Assembly: GCF_000143415.4 (NCBI RefSeq)
Contig: NW_003314294.1
Coordinates: 615,405 to 624,006 of the forward strand
Length of the DNA stretch: 8,602 nt
Direction of reading: 5' to 3'
DNA from: Selaginella moellendorffii
Lineage: Eukaryota; Plantae; Lycopodiophyta
This document shows, piece by piece, positions 1 to 7,413 of the stretch. Every line of letters starts with the position of its first letter. Positions within the stretch are counted from its first letter, which is position 1. The notes under the pieces are model-generated. The model saw nothing but the letters and a program-made list of their open reading frames with translations. It did not search any database and was not told where the DNA came from. Position numbers and translations under genes: made by a program.

Positions 1-154
1 GCCCAAATGAAAGTAACCAAAATCTTATACCCAAGGAACACATGTGAAGCCATACCAACCAAATGCATACCCACTTGGATCATCACTTTCATTTCTACGT
101 ATGCAACGAGATTAGTTGGCCAATCTCGTTAGATAATACTCATTGAGACTCATT

Positions 155-165
155 CTTTGATACCA
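155..165 (-). promoter_or_regulatory. Primer-binding site complementary to the 3' end of tRNA-iMet
   Basis: + strand CTTTGATACCA = minus-strand TGGTATCAAAG, a 10/11 match to the canonical plant TGGTATCAGAG. It lies 2 nt from the TGT at 168-170. Confidence 0.85.
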
Positions 166-167
166 AA

Positions 168-987
168 TGTAGCACACATGGTTTTCACCCTTTATCCTAT
201 GTTGTTTTACCATAGGATAACCATGAAGCAAAATCTTAACCCTTAAACACATGGGCCAAAGATAGTGGAACAGAATGCAAGTTCAAGGCTTTGGGCCACT
301 GAACAAAGAGACATAGCCAAACTCTCGAGCACATAGCTAAAGAGTATAGGAGACTAGAGCACAAAACAACTCCCAAACATATAACTCAAGGAACAAAGGG
401 ACAGTGTGAGACATAAAATCCCAAGCCCCAAAGAGGAGCCAAAAGGGAGCCATGTGGTAGTGGCTGAGGCGGAAGCCAAATGAGGGTAATACATATAGAC
501 TAAAAGCTCCGACTCAAAAAGTCAAGAGTGGGAGTAGAACTCCCAATGGAGTGCTCAAGGAACGAATACGAAGCAAGCAATAAGAGTCTCTAGAAAAGGG
601 ACACAAGAGGACCAACATATGACATAAAATGGAGTCCGAGATAGACTGAGATAGTGTCCAAGATGGAGTTCGAGATGGACCCAAGATGGAGTCTGAGATG
701 GAGTCCAAGATGGACCCAAGATGGAGTCCAAGATGAACTCAAGATGGAGTCCGAGATGGAGTCTAAGATGGACCAAGATGGAGTCCAAGATGGACCCGAG
801 ATGGACCTGAGATGGAGTTTGAGAAGGACCCAAGATGGAGTCCGAGATCGAGACTAGGACTGGGACCGAGACCAAGACCAAGACCGGGATCGAGGCTGAG
901 ACTGAGACTGAGTTTGAGTCCGAGTCCGAGCCTGAGTTTGAGTCCGAGTCCAAGTCCAAGTCTGAGGGTGAAAACCCAAAGCGTTCA
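168..987 (-). repeat. Probable long terminal repeat (~820 bp)
   Basis: The left terminus TGTAGCACACATGGTTTTCACCCT (168-191) matches the reverse complement of 965-987, TG-AACGCTTTGGGTTTTCACCCT. A perfect 12-bp inverted repeat (180-191 / 965-976) sits 12 and 11 nt from the TG and CA ends. The left boundary is fixed by the PBS; the right boundary is inferred from this inverted repeat only. Confidence 0.6.
629..966. repeat. Compound tandem array: 19 units of ATGGAGTCCGAG / ATGGACCCGAG (629-846), 11 ACCGAG-like hexamers (847-912), 9 TCCGAG-like hexamers (913-966)
   Basis: Parsed unit by unit from the sequence. Most variants are CG>CA or CG>TG transitions. Confidence 0.95.
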
Positions 988-2510
988 TCTCCTAGATCCT
1001 AGGGGGTTTGGTGAGCTCCAAAAATATAGTAGGGGGAGGACTCCAGTGGAGCTAGTTTGGCCAGGAAAGGCCAGTGTGACCAAGGAAGCTATACCCACAT
1101 GGTGGGTGATGATAAAACCATTAAGGAGTCCAAGGCTAAAGTAAATATGGACAGACAAGTGGGGTAGCTTGGCGAAGTGTTCAAGAGCCAGCTCTAGCTC
1201 CCCCGGGAGATCGAATGGTTGATGCTCCCAATCCAAGTGTGGGTGGCACTACCTACTTGGATACCTAGTATGGCTCATCAGAACCTTGCTCTAGCCACAT
1301 GGCTAGGGCACCTAAAGGTGGAAGGTGGGGAGAGTACCCATGAGGCTCATGTAGGGCCATGGTGTTTCAAAATGTTGTCCCAAAGTCCCAGACTGTGAAA
1401 AAGAAGAAGAGCAATTCTCTAGTGTAGTGATCAAAATACAGTCACATAGTGAGGAAGTCTTAGAGGACAGTGGGACTTAGTAGTTTGGCCTTTGGGCCTT
1501 GACCCAGTGGCAGTGTTGACAAGTATAGCCATGGATGAAGAGAGACTTGGTAGGGACAGAAGAAGGGTGCTAAGGCGTGGTCAAGGGATGACCATTTGTG
1601 GATGGATGGCCCAGTCTTTAAGAGATGGACTGTGATGCAGGTGGTGTTGGATCACTAGTGTAACAAAGGTGAATAAACATGGCCTTAACATAATAGGCTG
1701 ATATGTCAGTGGTACCTTTGGGTGTTGGTCATAGGATCGAACATATGAAGCACTTGGACTAGATACAAAGTTTGAGTGGCATGGATGCCATTTTTGAGGC
1801 TAGCAAGCCCTAAGTCCGGAATTAGACTTATGGAGGTTGTGAGTGAGACTCCTCCAAGTGGTCAGAGGTGTGGTTAAGTGACTGAAAAAGAATGGAAAAT
1901 TTAGTCGTTTACAAATAGGAGCACGGAGCGACATTAGAGTAGTCCTAGAGCTTCCAATATCTCAATGCCAAGACCAGCATGCAAAACAAAGCCAAATGAG
2001 TTTAGTCTTATTTCATCATACTAATGGCCTAATGTGAGGATATGGGAACTCCACTAGCTAGCATGGTATGGAACTTGGGTTTAGACCCAAGTTGGATATA
2101 GAATAAAGACATACATGCAAGTGAAAGCTAGATTATACATTAAGTTAATCGGCTATGCCCAACTTACCCACTATCCCTATTATACATTTGGAACTCTACA
2201 TCCCTCTAAGGAATGCATGCTTTGGGATTTCACCCTAGTCTCAAGAGTTACTCTTTGGGATAATCACAAAAACTTACTAAATATAGAACGGCACTAGATT
2301 GTGAATCTAGACACGAGAATAACACTATTATATTCAAAACAATATCTACATTCCCATAATGGATATACCTAACTAGGCACTTTCCATAAATAGTCAATAG
2401 GATCAAACAGAACCAACACATAGAGGAATAATAGCAAAAGTGTCTTGGTGGATATGGTAAGTTATCACTTAGTGAGTATTGAGGGATCAAGCTCAATGTG
2501 GTAGGGTTTC

Positions 2511-2566
2511 TAACACTAGCAACCTTAATAACACTAGCTAATAATACTAACACTAGCTAATAATAT
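2511..2566. repeat. Short tandem triplication, 18-19 bp period
   Basis: TAACACTAGC begins at 2511, 2529 and 2548. The last two copies share TAACACTAGCTAATAATA exactly. Confidence 0.9.
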
Positions 2567-3064
2567 GAGTTTATCATCACTATATTAAGTATCTTTGACT
2601 AATGATAATTTAAGATTTCCTTCCTTATGCACATGTGATTATGAGTTTCTCAACTAGCTTGGGTGGAGACTAATAAAAGGTCTAACAATACTAACCTTTT
2701 GCTGTCGTGGTAATATCTAAGTTATAAATTTTTCCTTTCCAATTTGTTAGCTTACCTCGTCTATCCGACGACCACAACTTTAGCTTTAGTTAAGTTGCCT
2801 TGATAAAGTTCTTGCCTATTGTACCAACTCTTATTTGGTCCTACTTGGTTTTAGCAACTCACTACATGAGCAATAGAGTGTTAACCATCCATCCACAAAT
2901 TCCCAAATTCTCTTATAATCCCCCTCCCCGGGTTAAATTGGACTTAAAGTTCGGCTACACTCCCCACAAGCACAAGCAGTCAAACACACTAAGCCTCTAG
3001 GTTTCTAACATCCCTTGATACAACAAGACTTGATCATAGGACCCTCCAAATCCCAAGCTTTGGG

Positions 3065-3095
3065 TGCAACACTTGCTTTGAGACACCGGGGGGAA
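3065..3095 (+). promoter_or_regulatory. Candidate 5' LTR end (TGCAACA) and degenerate tRNA-Arg-like PBS of the Gypsy element
   Basis: TGCAACA (3065-3071) is followed by TTGAGACACCGGGGGGAA (3078-3095), a 12/18 match to the Tat/Ogre-type PBS TGGCGACTCCGCTGGGGA as I recall it. Strand and position upstream of pol fit, but the match is weak. Confidence 0.3.
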
Positions 3096-3118
3096 ACACT
3101 GTGGCTTAATTACCCCAT

Positions 3119-3417
3119 ATGTACCCTTACTCCCTCACTTTCATCCCAAAGGGAAGGCCCAAGCCCCTAGGAACAACGAAGACCAATAAACTATAAGGCA
3201 CCAATCCACATGAGCTAGGAGCACTGCAGTCGGTTTCCCTTTTAAGAGTGGGAGCTGCTCTTGAGCACTTCCTTGGATGGCTCTCTAGCACCACCTGAGT
3301 CCATGCTCACTCCCACCCAAGGCCCTTAAGCCCCAGTTTCAACCTCAAGTCAATTTGGAAGCACCACTAAAGAGTTCCCTTCAGACTAATTCTTAGACCT
3401 CACTATCCCTACTATAC
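3119..3417 (+). pseudogene. Possible decayed gag N-terminus or leader of the Gypsy element
   Basis: An ATG at 3119 opens MYPYSLTFIPKGRPKPLG..., with stops, just after the candidate PBS. No gag motif was recognised; the call is positional only. Confidence 0.2.
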
Positions 3418-3712
3418 NNNNNNNNNNNNNNNNNNNNNNNNNNNNNNNNNNNNNNNNNNNNNNNNNNNNNNNNNNNNNNNNNNNNNNNNNNNNNNNNNNN
3501 NNNNNNNNNNNNNNNNNNNNNNNNNNNNNNNNNNNNNNNNNNNNNNNNNNNNNNNNNNNNNNNNNNNNNNNNNNNNNNNNNNNNNNNNNNNNNNNNNNNN
3601 NNNNNNNNNNNNNNNNNNNNNNNNNNNNNNNNNNNNNNNNNNNNNNNNNNNNNNNNNNNNNNNNNNNNNNNNNNNNNNNNNNNNNNNNNNNNNNNNNNNN
3701 NNNNNNNNNNNN
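3418..3712. other. Assembly gap (295 N)
   Basis: Run of N. Confidence 1.
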
Positions 3713-3728
3713 TTTAGCCTATGACACC

Positions 3729-4807
3729 TCGAGGAGTTGGTTCCTTACACAGTAGGAAAGAATATCCAAAAGGACTACCTGCCAAATAACTTTTGATACC
3801 CACAGTTACATTTGCAACATGCTTTCTCTAGTACACAACACCTAGCTCCTTTCTTTACTTCAGAGATTCAAGGATGTCTTTGCTTGGGACTATTCTTAGC
3901 TTCCAAGAGTCCCTATAGACACAATCACACACCACATCACTCTTTCTGAATTAGTAGAACTTGTCAAGCAGAAGATGCATTGCTACAATCCAAGATTATC
4001 AAAGCAAAGATCCAAAATCTTCTTTCAGCCAACTTCATATTTCTAGTAGAGCATTCAGAATGGGTGGCAAACATTCTCCTAACTTGCAAAGCCAATGGCA
4101 AACTACAGATTTATATAGACTTTCAAGATCTCAAAAAGTCACACTATGAGATAATTTTCCCATGCCTTTTGCTGTCATTGATGAGCTAGCAGGCCATCAT
4201 TTCCACTCTTTTACTCTTTTACTCTCGGGCTATAACAAACTTTTCATCCATCTATATGATTGTGAGCTCACAGCATTCAAGACTCCTTGGGGGGTATTTG
4301 CATATAACATGTTGCCATATGGGCTTTGTAACATGGGAGCTTGGTTTATGACCCATGCATTCCATGATATCCTAAGGGACACTTTTCAAGTTGACATAGA
4401 TTATCTATTTTTAGCCTCATCCACATTTGATTACCATCTTCATAGAGAAAGTTTTCCTCTATTGCCAACATCATCAATTACCTGGCAAAGTGTAAATTTG
4501 GTGTCACCAAAGGCTGCCTCCTCAATTTCGATATCTCTCATGATAGAATCCAACTACATGATGTGAAGAGAAAAGAGATTCTTGACTCCCCTACACCCCT
4601 CCATTGGCAAACATCAAGCAAGTGTGACAATTTCTTGGCCAAACCAATTTCTTCTACTGGTTTATCCACGACTATGCCTTTTTCACATGTCCATTGGTGG
4701 TTTTTCTCAAGCATGACACACCCTTTCTTTGGGATGATTTGGCCCAATAGACTTTCAACAAACTACACACAATGCTAAGACAAGCCCTAATTCTACTGGT
4801 CCTTGGC
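3729..4807 (+). pseudogene. pol: pol: reverse transcriptase with upstream linker and thumb/connection region, inactivated
   Basis: Joined translation: LLQRFKDVFAWDYS*...VKQKMHCYNPR / IKAKIQNLLSANFIFLVEHSEWVANILLTCKANGKLQIYIDFQDL / DNFPMPF..IDELAGH...SGYNK...TAFKTPWGVFAYNMLPYGLCNMGA...VDIDYL / KCKFGVTKG / KQV*QFLGQTNFF. The YxDD motif reads DIDY at 4393-4404. There are about five frameshifts (~3994, 4146, 4441, 4481, 4605). Confidence 0.95.
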
Positions 4808-5137
4808 CAACCTTTTGACATCTTTGTCACAAACAGTGATGAAGCTTTTTGAATTTGTAGCTATCAACATGCTGCACCAGAGCAGCCACTTCATGCTACA
4901 TACTTTGCTTCCCACTCCTTGATAGAGTCTGAGGAAAAGTTTGTGACTATTGAAAAGGAAGTTGTTGCGGTGGTGTACACTCTTTGGCATTTCTAACACA
5001 TACTCCTTGGGAGCCATATCTTTTTTCATGTTTCCTCTCATGTACTAACATTTCTTCTGCAGAAAGCTCTTCAGAACACACATGTTTTTTCGTGGATCAC
5101 CACCACCCAGGAATTTTAGCTAGAGTTTGTCATCAAG
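4808..5137 (+). pseudogene. pol: pol: Ty3-type RNase H-like domain, inactivated
   Basis: QPFDIFVTNSDEAF*...YFASHSLIESEEKFVTIEKEVVAVVYTLWHF*HILLGSHIFFHVSS...SWITTTQEF*LEF follows the PF...DAS / YASR.L...E.NY...EKE.LA.V.A...FR.YL.G / RW...LQEFD consensus. Confidence 0.9.
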
Positions 5138-5206
5138 TGAAGGCACGTTTTTTATCCCAGTCTGTTCTTGGTATCAACAATGAACACGCAGACCATTCCA
5201 CATGCT

Positions 5207-6267
5207 CTTCAGGAGGTGGCTACAAACTTGGCCTCAAGCAGGTTCCTAGTGAACCTCACAAAACAACAACAAGTAGCTCTTGGAGTCAAGGCATGCAGTT
5301 ATTGGCTTCTCAATGGCTCCTTATACAGGTAAAATTCCTCTAGTGTTCTTCTTAGATGTGTCTGGGTTTCCCATTTGTTGCAAGCTTTCCATACTTGTGT
5401 AAGACACTTCTTTGGGAAGACCAAACTTCTTCTTAGACATGGATACTTTTGGACAACAATACATCAAGATGCCATAGACTATGCTAAGCATTGCTTACAG
5501 TGTTAATAGTTCAATCCACAAAGTCATGTCCCTCGTCTTCCTTTTATGTTCATCACCTCTTTAGTACCTTTCTTTAAGTGGGGACTTGACTTCATTGGCA
5601 CCATCTCACCTCCTAGTTTGCAAGGTCATCAATATCTCTTCGTGACCACTAACTACTTCACAAAGTGGGTGGAAGCAGTTCCTCTGTGATATGCAGATCA
5701 ACTCTCCATAGCAAAGTTCCTCTATGAATCAATTATTTGTAAATTTGGCATCCCAACAATCTCAGATTGTGGTAGAGTATTCTTGAGCCAAGTTGTTGAG
5801 CATCTTATGGAGAGGCTGAACGTCTAACACACTCTAAGTAGCAGCCATTTCCCTCAAGAGAACAGCTAGGTAGAGTCCTCTAACAAGATCTTAAAATTCA
5901 TCCTTGGCCAACTAATTGCCAATTATCCTCACAAATGGCATGAACACTTGGTAATTGCACTTTGGGCTTTCAAGACATCTTTCAAGTCTTCCATCTTGGC
6001 CATATCTTTCTCTTTGGTTTATGGCACAGAGGCCATCCTTCTGGTGGAGCTCACAATTCCCTCACTATCAGTTTCACTTTGACATGATGTAGACATATGA
6101 CTTATAGTAGATGAGAAGTTACAAGCTTGGGCCTAGGACATCATTGCCTTGGATGAACAATGACAGGGCACCACTTATCACCTCTAGGTTGCAAAATCTT
6201 GGCTGATGAGGATGGTTGTGAGCTCCCACATGCTTATAACCATAGCCACCTCAAGGCCTTTATATAG
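5207..6267 (+). pseudogene. pol: pol: integrase (HHCC zinc finger, DD35E core, truncated C-terminal domain), inactivated by stops
   Basis: Zinc-finger codons are H5390, H5405, C5492 and C5501. Catalytic codons are D5588 (WGLDFIG), D5765 (ISDCG) and E5873 (VESSNK), with exact 35-residue spacing. WHEHL..ALWAFKT and LVYGTEA.L.VE follow. The tail LADEDGCELPHAYNHSHLKAFI* ends at 6267. Confidence 0.95.
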
Positions 6268-6613
6268 TGATTTCTCTCTTGTTTTTTTCTTTCTTTTTTC
6301 TTTTCTTCTTTATTTTCACTTGCTTCTTATGTCCCTTTAGGCAATCTTCTCTTGCAAACACAAGCTTAAGCTTATATTCTAGCTTTGGGGTAGCTTTAAC
6401 TCCACTCATCCAGGAGTTTGCTCATCTTCTGTCTTTTCCTCTTTATTCCCAAGTTCTTGTCTCTATCACTTTTAACAACACATCCTCCTATTCATCTTTA
6501 CATTCACAATATATCACTCTATTCACTTTCATAGTCATTGTATTCTATCATCACAAATACCTGATCTAGTTTTTTCATCATTTCCACACCATGCACACAT
6601 AGTACTTGAGATC
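6268..6613 (+). other. Pyrimidine-rich 3' non-coding region of the Gypsy element
   Basis: A T/C-rich low-complexity tract starts right after the pol stop. No polypurine tract or 3' LTR is seen before the gap. Confidence 0.6.
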
Positions 6614-6713
6614 NNNNNNNNNNNNNNNNNNNNNNNNNNNNNNNNNNNNNNNNNNNNNNNNNNNNNNNNNNNNNNNNNNNNNNNNNNNNNNNNNNNNNNN
6701 NNNNNNNNNNNNN
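6614..6713. other. Assembly gap (100 N, probably an unknown-size placeholder)
   Basis: Exactly 100 N. Confidence 1.
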
Positions 6714-7214
6714 GTGGTGCTCTATAGCTGTGTTGCTCTATGGTTTGTTGGTGGAAGTGATGATTGCTCTATGGTTGTGCTTCTTTGCTCCTCTACTCCA
6801 TAGTGTTACTTTGCTAATGGTGCATGACTATGGGTGATGCTATAACGTGGTAGAGCTCCTCTCACCCTCCTTGGCAATGGTTTGTGTGGGTGGCACTCTT
6901 GTTTTGGGCAATTGCACTCTTGTGCCCTGGATGAGGTGATATAGACTCCTATATGCAGCTGGGGGTGGTGCCTAATGAGGTGGAGACAACAATGGCACAC
7001 TCTAACAAGATGGCAATGCAGCCATTAGAGCATGTGGGTTTATTGCTTATAAGTACCCCTAGCTAGACATGTTTATTTATTTTGTGATGGGCTTGGACAC
7101 CAATTGACTACAAAAACCCAATAAATATTAAAAGATCATTCCTAAAACCATCTTAGATCCTTTGAGAGCTTCCTTTGCCTTGTTGTTAAGTGTTGTTAAG
7201 GAGGGGGGGGGGGG

Positions 7215-7413
<199 letters not shown>

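Larger units (their letters stand above)
1..987 (-). mobile_element. 5' end (5' LTR, PBS, start of leader) of a tRNA-iMet-primed LTR retrotransposon whose internal region continues off the left edge
   Basis: The minus strand reads ...GTGCTACA-TT-TGGTATCAAAG: an LTR-end CA, a 2-nt spacer, then a PBS. No coding domain lies in the window, so Copia versus chromoviral Gypsy cannot be decided. Confidence 0.7.
3713..6613 (+). mobile_element. Degenerate Ty3/Gypsy LTR retrotransposon internal region, non-chromovirus Athila/Tat-like
   Basis: Domain order is RT-RH-INT. Lineage-typical motifs include FKDVFAW (3867-3887), EHSEWVANI, TPWGVFAY, GYFW, WGLDFIG, YFTKWVEAVPL and LVYGTEA. Pol ends at N..HLKAF with no chromodomain. 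Confidence 0.95.

Noticed and set aside
629-966. CRISPR-like array
   Set aside because: The units abut with no unique spacers, there are no cas genes, and the context is a eukaryotic retroelement.
988-1000. Polypurine tract that would make 168-987 a shared LTR between tandem elements
   Set aside because: The minus strand has only AGGAGA before the TG, too short, and no minus-strand integrase remnant precedes it.
514-1144. Four overlapping ORFs (514-708, 555-959, 654-857, 812-1144)
   Set aside because: They are largely low-complexity translations of the 629-966 tandem array.
2115-3000. ORFs 2115-2297, 2248-2553 and 2800-3000
   Set aside because: Short, no recognisable motifs, and of chance length.
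3961-5343. ORFs 3961-4149, 4538-4747, 4793-5041, 4984-5343 and most of 4563-4778
   Set aside because: They are shadow or off-frame readings of the pol pseudogene. Only 3980-4189, 4162-4566 and the start of 4563-4778 carry real RT sequence.
6267-6569. Hydrophobic 100-aa ORF after pol as an env-like gene
   Set aside because: It has no ATG start, its F/S/L richness follows from T-rich DNA, and it is far shorter than Athila env-like ORFs.
6606-7000. ORFs 6606-6803 and 6806-7000
   Set aside because: The first spans the N gap; the second is short with no motif.
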